A stretch of 64,000 bases of DNA from Candidatus Shapirobacteria bacterium GW2011_GWF2_37_20 (GTDB lineage: Bacteria > Patescibacteriota > Microgenomatia > UBA12405). Shown here in pieces: positions 18,703-27,443 of this stretch. The notes under the pieces are model-generated. The model searched no databases. It was not told the DNA's origin and saw only the letters and a program-made list of their open reading frames with translations. The translations under genes and the position numbers were made by a program. The DNA lies in the NCBI GenBank assembly GCA_000989305.1, contig LBTB01000002.1, positions 40,411 through 104,410 on the forward strand. Direction: 5' to 3'. Position 1 is the stretch's first letter. Every line of letters starts with the position of its first letter.

Positions 18703-19992
18703 ATGCATATTTACCTTGTTGGAATTGCCGGTTCAATGACCGCCCCCTTGGCCATTGCCCTTCAAAAACAAGGCCACAAGGTCACCGGATCAGACCAAGA
18801 AAAAACCTTTCCTCCCTACCGGCAACAGCTAAAAAAAGCCAATATTTTAATTAATCAGACACCAATAAATTCTGAGATTGATTTGGCCATTATCGGCTCA
18901 TCATATTTATTCTTTAAAAAAACCAGAGAAGATTTCGAAGCCGTCAAAGCCCAAAAGATCCCCTACATTTCCGCCACTGAGTATCTTTCTAAAAACCTAA
19001 TCAAAGAAAATTCCATATTAGTTGCCGGCTCATATGGTAAAACAACCATTAGTGCCGCCCTTGCCCATCTTCTAAGCCAAGCCAAACTTAATCCTTCCTA
19101 CATGTTTGGTGGCCAAAGTCTTAATCGACTTGACTCCCTACACTTCTCCGACTCAACCTGGTCCGTCCTTGAAGCCGACGAATCAATCAACGGCCTCGAC
19201 ACCAAAGCAAAATTTCTTTATTATCCCGTTAAATATCTAATATTGACTAGTGCCCTCTGGGAACATAAAGAAAGCTATCGAAGCGATGCAAAAAACTTTG
19301 CCGCATTTTTAGAATTAGTAAAAAAAATACCCTCCGACGGTCTTCTGATATATAACCAGAACGATACTTCCATTTTGCCACTTCTTCCCCATGTCAAATG
19401 CCAAAAAATTGCTTACCAAAAAACTTCATTAAGCACTTCCTTAATCGGCAAATACAACCAAGAAAATCTTGGTGCCGTTGAAACCTTAGCTCAAAATATA
19501 AATATCTCTCCCCAAATTATTAAAAAATCCCTTTCCTCTTTTAAGGGAGTTAAAAGGCGTTTAGAACTTTGCGCTCAAGCAGGGGGGATAATATTTATCG
19601 ATGATTTTGCCCAATCAGCCAATAGAATCAAGGCGGCCCTTGAAGTCATCAAAAATACTTATCCCAAATCTCATCTTAAAGTTTTTTATGAAGCTCACGC
19701 CTCTTTTATGCAATATCGTTCTGGTGTAAAACAGCTCTGCTCTGTTTTTAATCTAGCTGATGAAACCGTCATTTTCCAACTCAAATTTAATTCAAAAATC
19801 AGCACCAAAGACAGAATTGTGGCCAAAGATTTCTTAGAAATTATTCCCCAAAGCCTTTACCTGCCCCTGGCAAGTGATGTCATAAAACATTACCGCAAAA
19901 CCCTTAAAAAGGGTGATATTTTAATTCATTTTAGTTCTGGTGGAGTTGAAGGGCAAAAAACTTTTCGAAAAATTATTAATTTATACAAATAA
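18703..19992 (+). CDS. murC: Mur ligase, MurC/Mpl-like (UDP-N-acetylmuramate--L-alanine ligase)
   Basis: N-terminal HIYLVGIAGSMTAPLAIALQKQGHKVTGSD (MurC Rossmann/GSD motif) and P-loop VAGSYGKTT. Confidence 0.6.
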   Translation: MHIYLVGIAGSMTAPLAIALQKQGHKVTGSDQEKTFPPYRQQLKKANILINQTPINSEIDLAIIGSSYLFFKKTREDFEAVKAQKIPYISATEYLSKNLIKENSILVAGSYGKTTISAALAHLLSQAKLNPSYMFGGQSLNRLDSLHFSDSTWSVLEADESINGLDTKAKFLYYPVKYLILTSALWEHKESYRSDAKNFAAFLELVKKIPSDGLLIYNQNDTSILPLLPHVKCQKIAYQKTSLSTSLIGKYNQENLGAVETLAQNINISPQIIKKSLSSFKGVKRRLELCAQAGGIIFIDDFAQSANRIKAALEVIKNTYPKSHLKVFYEAHASFMQYRSGVKQLCSVFNLADETVIFQLKFNSKISTKDRIVAKDFLEIIPQSLYLPLASDVIKHYRKTLKKGDILIHFSSGGVEGQKTFRKIINLYK

Positions 19993-19998
19993 GAAATA

Positions 19999-21327
19999 AT
20001 GTCACGATACATAATCAACGGCGGTCAAAGCCTGAGCGGTGAAGTTTCTATCCGTGGTGCTAAAAATGCCGGCTATAAACAAATTATCGCCTCACTTCTC
20101 TCAGATAAGCCCAGTCACATCAACAACATTCCTCAAATTTCCGACGTTAAAATTACTCAAAGTATTGCCGAAAGTTTAGGCTCTCAAATAACCAGAACCG
20201 GTGAACACAGTTTAACTATTCATACTCCAAAATTTACCTCTTCAACAGTACCTCACGGTACCGGAGAAAAATCCCGAACCTCCTTTATTTTTGCCGCCCC
20301 GCTTTTAAGTCGAACTGGAATGGCCACCATTCCCACTCCTGGTGGAGACAAGCTCGGTGCCCGACCCTTGGATAGGCTTTTCGACTGCTTTTCCACCATG
20401 GGTATCAACACCGAACTCAAAGACGATCTAATGATTTTTAAAACCGATGGCATAAAAGCTACCCATTATGTTTTTAACAAACCCAGCCATACTGTCACTG
20501 AAGTTGTTGTTATGACCGCCGCCTTAGCCACCGGACAAAGTATTTTTGAAAATACTGCTCTTGAACCAGAAATTGACGATTTAATTTCCATGCTCAATTC
20601 TATGGGGGCCAAAATTCAGCGTTCTTCTCAAAATCCAAAAACTATCATCGTTGACGGAGTTCCTTCATTGTCTGGCACCAGCCATCAGGTAATTTCTGAT
20701 AGAAACGAAGCCATCACTTTTGCCTGTGCCGCATTGGCCACAAAAGGCTCTGTTAATATTCTCAGAACAGATCCCAAAATTATCAAAACCTTTTTAGATA
20801 CTGTTGAAAAAATGGGTGCCCAAATTGATAGGGGTAGTGATGAAGTTGCCGTCTCTTGGGTTAAACAATTAAAAGCGGTTGATATCGAAACCGGTCCCGA
20901 ACCAGGTTTTATGACCGACTGGCAGGCAATCTTTTCAGTTCTCTTAACTCAAGCCATCGGTGTTAGTAGTATCATCGAAAAAGTTTATCCTTCACGCTTT
21001 CAACACCTTCAATACCTGGAAAAAATGGGGGTTAAAACAGTATTGTTTAATCCTAAAATAGCCGACCCTTCCGCTTATTATGAATTTAACCCCGATACTG
21101 ATAAGCCCGAATATCTTCACGGCGTCAGAATATACGGACCAGTTAAGCTAAAACCTTCTCAATTTAGTATTAGTGATCTTAGGGCTGGTGCCTGTATAAC
21201 TTTGGCCGCCCTTACCGCTGAAGGTGAAAGTATTATCGATAATGTTGAATTTATTGAAAGAGGTTATGAAAAATTAGCCGAACGACTTTGCTCTTTGGGT
21301 GCTAATATAAAATATATCAAAACATGA
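19999..21327 (+). CDS. murA: UDP-N-acetylglucosamine 1-carboxyvinyltransferase MurA
   Basis: MSRYIINGGQSLSGEVSIRGAKNAG is the MurA N-terminal signature. EPSP-synthase fold, length 442 aa. Confidence 0.85.
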   Translation: MSRYIINGGQSLSGEVSIRGAKNAGYKQIIASLLSDKPSHINNIPQISDVKITQSIAESLGSQITRTGEHSLTIHTPKFTSSTVPHGTGEKSRTSFIFAAPLLSRTGMATIPTPGGDKLGARPLDRLFDCFSTMGINTELKDDLMIFKTDGIKATHYVFNKPSHTVTEVVVMTAALATGQSIFENTALEPEIDDLISMLNSMGAKIQRSSQNPKTIIVDGVPSLSGTSHQVISDRNEAITFACAALATKGSVNILRTDPKIIKTFLDTVEKMGAQIDRGSDEVAVSWVKQLKAVDIETGPEPGFMTDWQAIFSVLLTQAIGVSSIIEKVYPSRFQHLQYLEKMGVKTVLFNPKIADPSAYYEFNPDTDKPEYLHGVRIYGPVKLKPSQFSISDLRAGACITLAALTAEGESIIDNVEFIERGYEKLAERLCSLGANIKYIKT

Positions 21328-22358
21328 TTCACTTATATCTTGGCCTTCTATTATTCTCCTTTCTGGCTACCAGCATTTTAGTCGTACCCTACATTAATCT
21401 TCTTTACCGACTTAAATTTCAGCGTCAAAAACAGTCCACCCTTGATTTTCAAAATCAAAAGACCCCCATCTTTGACAAATTCCACTCATTAAAAAGTGGT
21501 ACACCCGTTGGCGGTGGACTTCTTATCATTGTCACTGTTGTCATTCTTTTTGCTTTCCTGTTTCCCATGTTAAAAATGTCCCGTCTCTTTATTTCCAGTA
21601 ACTACCACCTAATCAATGAGTTGATCGTTATCTTTTTTACCTTCATAAGTTTCGGTCTTCTTGGTCTATATGACGACATTCTAAAGTTTTTTAACTTTAA
21701 AAAGTCCGGATTTTTTGGCCTAAGAATGAAATACAAATTAATTCTTCAGTTACTCTTGGCCACCGTCATTTCCAGCCTAATCTATTTTCAGCTGGGAATC
21801 AATTTTATCTATCTTCCTTTTGTAGGTGCTGTCAGTCTTGGATTATTCTTTATTCCAATTTCCACCACAATCATTGTTGCTTTTGCCAACTTTTTTAATA
21901 TCACCGATGGTTTAGACGGCTTGGCCTGTGGCACTTTGATGATTTCTCTTTTCGCTTTCTGGATTCTAGCTGGCACCTCCCTTGATACCCCCATCTCCCT
22001 CTTTTTATCCCTCTGGATCGGTTCTCTTATTGCCTTTCTTTACTTTAATGTCTACCCGGCTCGTATCTGGCTGGGAGACGTTGGTTCATTATCTTTTGGG
22101 GCCACCTTTGCTGTCATCGCTCTGCTTCTAGGAAAGGTTGTTCCTCTTTTTATTGTCGGGGCTCCTTTTATTATCGAAGGTATGACCAGTGCCATTCAAA
22201 TCTTTAGTAAAATCTATCTTCACAAAAAAATATTTCCCGCCGCTCCAATCCACCTCACTCTTCAAAAAAATGGCTGGGAAGAACCCAAAATTGTTTTTAG
22301 AGCTTGGCTAGCTGCTATTATTTTAGCTATTTTTGGACTATGGCTGGGACTAAATTAA
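21324..22358 (+). CDS. mraY: phospho-N-acetylmuramoyl-pentapeptide transferase MraY
   Basis: Polytopic membrane protein with NFFNITDGLDGLA (MraY/WecA DDxxD-type signature). Confidence 0.85.
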   Translation: MIHLYLGLLLFSFLATSILVVPYINLLYRLKFQRQKQSTLDFQNQKTPIFDKFHSLKSGTPVGGGLLIIVTVVILFAFLFPMLKMSRLFISSNYHLINELIVIFFTFISFGLLGLYDDILKFFNFKKSGFFGLRMKYKLILQLLLATVISSLIYFQLGINFIYLPFVGAVSLGLFFIPISTTIIVAFANFFNITDGLDGLACGTLMISLFAFWILAGTSLDTPISLFLSLWIGSLIAFLYFNVYPARIWLGDVGSLSFGATFAVIALLLGKVVPLFIVGAPFIIEGMTSAIQIFSKIYLHKKIFPAAPIHLTLQKNGWEEPKIVFRAWLAAIILAIFGLWLGLN

Positions 22359-22879
22359 GTGAATTACGTCAGGAAATTTTAAAATATATTGGCATCCCGT
22401 ACCATACCAATATCCCTAAGGTAATTTCTACTGAAAATGTTTTACTTGGTAAGGGCAATGCCAGGGAGATTGCCCTAAAAACAATTGAATTAGCCAATAA
22501 AAATAACCTAAAAATTCTAAATTTAAGTCCCCAACAAATCTATAATTTTCAAAAAAAGAATAAAATTGGCATTGATTGCTCCGGTCTGGCCTGTCATCTT
22601 CTTAATTTTTACTTTAATACCAAACTAAATGTTCGGCGCACCTCCGCCGACATGCTTAGCTCCGCCCCCTTATCAAAACAAATTGACATTTCCGACACCC
22701 AAACCGCCGACCTAATCCGACAAAAAGATGGTCACCACCTTCTCTTTGTTATCGAAAAAATTGGTGACAAAGTTGTCTATGTTGATTCTTCACGAAAGGG
22801 CAGGGGAGTACGCTATGGCGAATTCGACATCACTGACAAAAACTTCAAACACAACGGAGTTTTCAGATTAAATAGATAG
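22340..22879 (+). CDS. NlpC/P60-family (papain-like) cell-wall hydrolase, putative
   Basis: GIDCSGLACHLLNFYFNTKLNVRRTSADM (catalytic Cys context like DCSGLV...PRTS) and GHHLLFVIEKIGDKVVYVDSSRKG (His context like HVGIYIG..IHAS). The longer track ORF starts at 22304 inside mraY. Confidence 0.5.
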   Translation: MAGTKLSELRQEILKYIGIPYHTNIPKVISTENVLLGKGNAREIALKTIELANKNNLKILNLSPQQIYNFQKKNKIGIDCSGLACHLLNFYFNTKLNVRRTSADMLSSAPLSKQIDISDTQTADLIRQKDGHHLLFVIEKIGDKVVYVDSSRKGRGVRYGEFDITDKNFKHNGVFRLNR

Positions 22880-22881
22880 GT

Positions 22882-23190
22882 TTATTTCTTTTCCCAGCGA
22901 TCCTTGTCTCTTTTTTTGTATTTATCCATTATTCTGTCAAAATGTTTGTCCAAATCAATATTAAGTGAATTAGCCAAGCATGCCAGAGTGTAGATGATGT
23001 CTGCCATTTCATCACCCAATTCCTGGGTTTCTTCAGATGGCTTTTTCTTTTTTGAACCAAAAAGATGATTTAACTCTCTTGCCGTCTCACCAACTTCTTC
23101 AACTAATCGAGCTAAAATCTCTAAAGGTTTAAAATAACCAACCTTGTACTGAGAAATCCATTCATCAACTTCTTTTTGAATCCTTTTCAT
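22882..23190 (-). CDS. MazG-like nucleoside triphosphate pyrophosphohydrolase (small all-alpha NTP-PPase)
   Basis: LVEEVGETARELNH...ELGDEMADIIYTLACLAN is the MazG/HisE-type EExxE...D motif pair. Start ATG overlaps the stop of the upstream LysW-like ORF by 1 nt. Confidence 0.7.
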   Translation of the reverse strand: MKRIQKEVDEWISQYKVGYFKPLEILARLVEEVGETARELNHLFGSKKKKPSEETQELGDEMADIIYTLACLANSLNIDLDKHFDRIMDKYKKRDKDRWEKK

Positions 23191-23354
23191 TATTTTTCCT
23201 CAATCAACTCCCGGTACCGAAGAGGGGTGGTTGAGATAATTTCCACTTCAGTTCCACATTCCTGACATTCTAAAATATCTCCAAGCATTGGGCTTTCACC
23301 TTTAATTTCCGCCTGGCAATCAGGGCAAAGAACTTTATTATTAGTATCTGGCAT
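23190..23354 (-). CDS. LysW-like zinc-ribbon protein (amino-group carrier protein family), 54 aa; not in the ORF track
   Basis: Translation MPDTNNKVLCPDCQAEIKGESPMLGDILECQECGTEVEIISTTPLRYRELIEEK. It has the CxxC-16-CxxC spacing and the ELGE[LI]VxCxxCGxElEV[VI]...PL.L...EE pattern of LysW (Thermus LysW: CPECGAELRLENPELGELVVCEDCGAELEVVGLDPLRLEPAPEE...). The C-terminus is -EEK rather than the acidic -E of canonical LysW. TAATG coupling to the mazG-like gene. Confidence 0.55.
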   Translation of the reverse strand: MPDTNNKVLCPDCQAEIKGESPMLGDILECQECGTEVEIISTTPLRYRELIEEK

Positions 23355-23388
23355 ATAATTTAGCTAAAATATAACTAATCACTATTAT

Positions 23389-24186
23389 ATGACACCACTA
23401 AGTAAAATCGATAATCTATATTTTAAACGTGAAGATTTAAATCCCACCGGCTCCGCCAAAGACAGAGCTCTACCCTTCCAGATTCAAAACTTACTAAATA
23501 ACGGCTTTAAATCCGCCGTTATTTCTTCAACCGGCAATGCCGCCATTTCCGCCACCTATTATTGTCAAAAAGAAAATATTCCCCTAACCATTTTTGTTTC
23601 TCCAAAAATCAATATCAACAAATTATCCCTTATAAAAGGCAATATCATCAAGTCTCTCAAACCAATCAGCGATGCCATCAAGTTTTCTAAAGCCAACCAT
23701 GCCTATCTTTTACGACAATCAACTGACCCCTCAGCTCAAGTAGGCTATGCTGAAATAGCCAAAGAAATATTAATTCAATTACCACAAATTACCAGCCTTT
23801 TTATTCCCGTTGGTAGTGGTACTACCTTACTGGGGATTGCCAAAGTCTTACCCAACAACGTTAAAATCTTTGCCGCCCAACCAGCCAGTAATCCAACTAT
23901 CTCTAGTGTTTTTGATCAGGATTACACACCAGAAACTCAAACCATTACCGATGCTCTTAGCGTAAAATATTTACCTCTTAAAACCGAAGTGATAAATGCA
24001 ATTAAATCACGCTATTCTTTTGGTATTGTTGTCAAAAATACTGACGCTATCAAATATTTAGATTTTGTTAAACAATTTGAAACCTCACCAGAGTCAGCCC
24101 TGACTCTAGCCGCCTACCATCAAATAAAAAATAAACCCGAAGTGGGGGATTATCCTGTTATTCTTTTAACCGGCACAAAACGCTAA
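23389..24186 (+). CDS. PLP-dependent enzyme, fold type II (tryptophan-synthase-beta superfamily; threonine-synthase/cysteine-synthase-like), unusually short (265 aa)
   Basis: FKREDLNPTGSAKDRA is the fold-II PLP-lysine motif (xNPTGSFKDR). The phosphate-binding Gly loop is PVGSGTT. Confidence 0.6.
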   Translation: MTPLSKIDNLYFKREDLNPTGSAKDRALPFQIQNLLNNGFKSAVISSTGNAAISATYYCQKENIPLTIFVSPKININKLSLIKGNIIKSLKPISDAIKFSKANHAYLLRQSTDPSAQVGYAEIAKEILIQLPQITSLFIPVGSGTTLLGIAKVLPNNVKIFAAQPASNPTISSVFDQDYTPETQTITDALSVKYLPLKTEVINAIKSRYSFGIVVKNTDAIKYLDFVKQFETSPESALTLAAYHQIKNKPEVGDYPVILLTGTKR

Positions 24187-25277
24187 TGGGCAATCTAGAG
24201 ACTTTATTAAAAAATTCCGGCTACAACTTTTTCTTTTTAGTTGTCGATAAATTCTTAGACATTAGTTTACCCCAACTTCCAAATTTTCAATCTCTGTCTC
24301 AAAAAAATCTGAAAATCAAAAATAGTGGTTTTCTTTTATCGCAGGGAAACATTCAAAATACAATTAAATCTGCCCCAAATCCGGCCATCATTCCTTTTAA
24401 GCCCTCAGCAAAAATTGAAAAAATATGTCAAAAAAATTCCTGGACCTTAGTTGCCAATCCCGCCAAAATTAATCGACTTTTAGAGAACAAAATCAAATTT
24501 TTTGAAACCTGTAACATAAATGGATTACCCATAGTTCCTGGAATTGTTGCCGAATTTAATCAAAATTCTTTTCAAAAAGCCCAAGAAAAATTTGGCAACT
24601 CTTTAGTTGTTCAAACCCATTTTGGTTGGGCAGGAAATAGTACCCATTACTTTGATAATTACGAAACAGCAAAAGCCGTTATCCCTAAAAACACTCTTGC
24701 CAAATTCTCTCCCTATTTAAAAGGATATTCCCTTCTTAATAATTGCTGTCTCACCCGCCATGGACTACTTCAAAGCCCTCCCGCCCTTCAGTACACCGGA
24801 CTACCCAACCTAACCCAAAACCCCTTTGCCACCGTTGGCCGTCAGTGGCCATCATTTGCTCCACTCGAAATCCAGGAACAGATTTACCAAATTACTGAAA
24901 ATTTTTCAAACAAAATACTTAAGCCCCTGAATTATCGTGGTTTTTTTGGTTTAGATTTTATTGTCTCTGACAATAAGGTCTACCTTCTTGAATGCAACCC
25001 GAGACTTACCGCTTCCTTCGCCTTTTATACTCAAATCGAAGTAAACAACAACCTCACCCCACTCTTTTATTACCACTTAGCTGAATTTATTAATCAAGAT
25101 TATTCAATTGATTTAAAGTTAGAACAACAACGCTTTCACCATCAAAATATTATCGGCTCTGAGATAACTCAAAGAAACAGCGACGGCCTCATCGTTAAAA
25201 AATATCACGATTTTAAGGTCTTCTCTACAAAAACAGATCCTGTCATTATTAACCAGGAAATTTTGTCAAAACTTTAG
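24186..25277 (+). CDS. ATP-grasp domain protein (carboxylate--amine ligase family), subfamily unassigned
   Basis: KIKFFETCNINGLPIVPG (central domain), LVVQTHFGWAGNS (ATP-binding strand-like) and DFIVSDNKVYLLECNPRLTASF (Mg-binding E/N motif of ATP-grasp). TAATG coupling with the upstream PLP-enzyme gene, and 2 nt from ftsW. Confidence 0.5.
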   Translation: MGNLETLLKNSGYNFFFLVVDKFLDISLPQLPNFQSLSQKNLKIKNSGFLLSQGNIQNTIKSAPNPAIIPFKPSAKIEKICQKNSWTLVANPAKINRLLENKIKFFETCNINGLPIVPGIVAEFNQNSFQKAQEKFGNSLVVQTHFGWAGNSTHYFDNYETAKAVIPKNTLAKFSPYLKGYSLLNNCCLTRHGLLQSPPALQYTGLPNLTQNPFATVGRQWPSFAPLEIQEQIYQITENFSNKILKPLNYRGFFGLDFIVSDNKVYLLECNPRLTASFAFYTQIEVNNNLTPLFYYHLAEFINQDYSIDLKLEQQRFHHQNIIGSEITQRNSDGLIVKKYHDFKVFSTKTDPVIINQEILSKL

Positions 25278-25279
25278 AA

Positions 25280-26410
25280 ATGAAAATTTCCCCCCTGCTT
25301 ACTTACTCCACCCTTCTCTCTTTTATCGGTTTGTTATTTATTTCTTCCTCCTCCCTTTTTGAAGCCGAAAAAACTATTGGCGACCCATATTTTTTCCTTA
25401 AAAAACAAATGCTTTGGCTTGTTGTTGGTTTAATTAGCCTCTTTATTACCTCTAAAATTAAACTAGATACTTTTGTCAACAATTCTTTTCGCCTCTATTT
25501 ATTCTCTGCTATTTTATTACTCCTGGTATTAATTCCTGGTATCGGTGCACAAGTTCTTGGCGCCAGACGTCAAATTGATTTAGGCTTTTTTAATTTTCAG
25601 CCCTCTGAACTATTTAAGTTTGCCTCAGTAATTTTCTTTTCCTTTCTTTTTTCTTTAAAGGAAAAAAGAAATTTAAAAAACTTAACCCTATATCTCGGAC
25701 CACCTTTAATTTTAATCATTCTTGAGCCAAACCTCAGTACTACTGTCATGATTGCCGCTATTGTCATTTCTATCTACTATCTTTCCGGTGCTGAAATTAT
25801 AAGCCTTTTCTCGGCCGGTTTTGTCATCACCCTTCTAAGTTTCTTATTAATTCTAGTCTCACCCTATCGTCTGGCCCGCGTTAAAACTCTTCTCAACCAG
25901 CAAAGTAATCAAGACCTGAGTTACCACAGCGAACAAATAGTACTTTCCTTAGCCTCTGGCGGGTGGTCAGGTAAAGGCTTTGCCAATTCCGACCATAAAT
26001 ATCAATTTATCCCTAAAATAAGCACCGATTCGATCCTTGCTATTGTTGGTGAAGAAACTGGCTTTGTCGGCTTAACTTTAATTAGCTATCTATTTTTACT
26101 TTTAATTTCCCGATTAATTCATATCTCTCAAGTGGCCACCGATACTTATGAAAAACTTCTCGTCAGTGGTATTGCCTGTTGGATAGCCTATCAAGGTTTA
26201 ATTAATTTTGCCGCCATTGTTGCCTTAATCCCGCTGACCGGAATTCCTTTTCCCTTCATTGCCTATGGAGGCTCCTCCCTAATCACCCTATTTTGCGCCT
26301 TGGGACTAGCTATAAATATAGAAAATAAATATTCTAAATTGCTATACTCAAAGGATGACCGAAACCAGAAAGATAATCATCACCGGCACTCATATCACCC
26401 CCGCCATTGA
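25280..26410 (+). CDS. ftsW: SEDS-family peptidoglycan glycosyltransferase FtsW
   Basis: 10-TM protein with GIPFPFIAYGGSSLITL (SEDS signature). dcw position before murG. Confidence 0.75.
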   Translation: MKISPLLTYSTLLSFIGLLFISSSSLFEAEKTIGDPYFFLKKQMLWLVVGLISLFITSKIKLDTFVNNSFRLYLFSAILLLLVLIPGIGAQVLGARRQIDLGFFNFQPSELFKFASVIFFSFLFSLKEKRNLKNLTLYLGPPLILIILEPNLSTTVMIAAIVISIYYLSGAEIISLFSAGFVITLLSFLLILVSPYRLARVKTLLNQQSNQDLSYHSEQIVLSLASGGWSGKGFANSDHKYQFIPKISTDSILAIVGEETGFVGLTLISYLFLLLISRLIHISQVATDTYEKLLVSGIACWIAYQGLINFAAIVALIPLTGIPFPFIAYGGSSLITLFCALGLAINIENKYSKLLYSKDDRNQKDNHHRHSYHPRH

Positions 26411-27434
26411 GTTGATCCACCAACTTCAAAGTGACCGCGATATCAACTGGGAAATATTCTACATAGGCAGACGTTTCAACTCCAGTGTCCAGAGAGAAGC
26501 TTCGATAGAATCAAAAATAATTCCTCAAAATAACGTAAAATTTTACGGCATCTTGTGTGGCAAATACGACCGTCGTTGGCTACCAAACACCATTTCTGGT
26601 CTGCCTCAAATGTTATCGGGCTTCAAAAGCGCCCACCAAATCCTCAAAAAAATAAAACCTCATTTAGTCGTCTCTTTTGGCGGATATGTTTCAGTTCCGG
26701 TTATTATTTCTGCCTGGCTCCAAAATCTTCCCTCAATTACTCACGAGCAAACCCACACTCTAAGTCTGTCAACCAAAATCAACGCTTTGTTTTGTCGTCA
26801 CATCGCCCTATCCTTCCCCGTTACCAAATCATCCGACAAATATCTGGTTACCGGCAATCTTTTGAGACGGGAAATTTTTAATTTTCATTCCCAATATTTT
26901 GAAAAGCAAAAATTTGACCTAAAAAAGTTTCCTCTGATTTATCTTACCGCCGGCAATCAGGGTTCACATCGTCTAAATTTAGTCTTAAAAAAATTATTAC
27001 CTTCTCTTTGCAAGAGATTTACCATTATTCACCAAAGCGGATCAAAAGATTTTAATAGATATAAAAAACTCTCTTTAAAATTTCCTAATTATTTGGTCAA
27101 AAACTATATTGATTCCGTCGACATTGGTTGGATTTTTCATCATTCAAAACTAATCGTCAGTCGCGCCGGCGCCAACACCACCCAAGAAATTGCCGTTTTG
27201 GGTCTTAATTCCGTCATCATCCCCCTCTTAATAAGCCAACAAAATGAACAATTTAAAAACGCTCTTTGGTTACAAGAAAAACTACCTAAAAATACCATAA
27301 TCATTAAAGAATCGGAACTTACGGCAAAATCACTTGGAGACTCTATCAACATTCTTGCTTCAAAAAAGAAAGCACCCTCTTCTGTTTTACCCTCTCCAAA
27401 TCTTAAACTATTAAAACTAATCAAAAAGCTCTAA
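26355..27434 (+). CDS. murG: undecaprenyldiphospho-muramoylpentapeptide beta-N-acetylglucosaminyltransferase MurG (GT28)
   Basis: IIITGTHITPAIELI (variant of the GGTGGH G-loop) and LIVSRAGANTTQEIAVLGLNSVIIPL...NEQFKNA (MurG C-terminal signature). Confidence 0.75.
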   Translation: MTETRKIIITGTHITPAIELIHQLQSDRDINWEIFYIGRRFNSSVQREASIESKIIPQNNVKFYGILCGKYDRRWLPNTISGLPQMLSGFKSAHQILKKIKPHLVVSFGGYVSVPVIISAWLQNLPSITHEQTHTLSLSTKINALFCRHIALSFPVTKSSDKYLVTGNLLRREIFNFHSQYFEKQKFDLKKFPLIYLTAGNQGSHRLNLVLKKLLPSLCKRFTIIHQSGSKDFNRYKKLSLKFPNYLVKNYIDSVDIGWIFHHSKLIVSRAGANTTQEIAVLGLNSVIIPLLISQQNEQFKNALWLQEKLPKNTIIIKESELTAKSLGDSINILASKKKAPSSVLPSPNLKLLKLIKKL

Positions 27435-27443
27435 AATTAAAAC

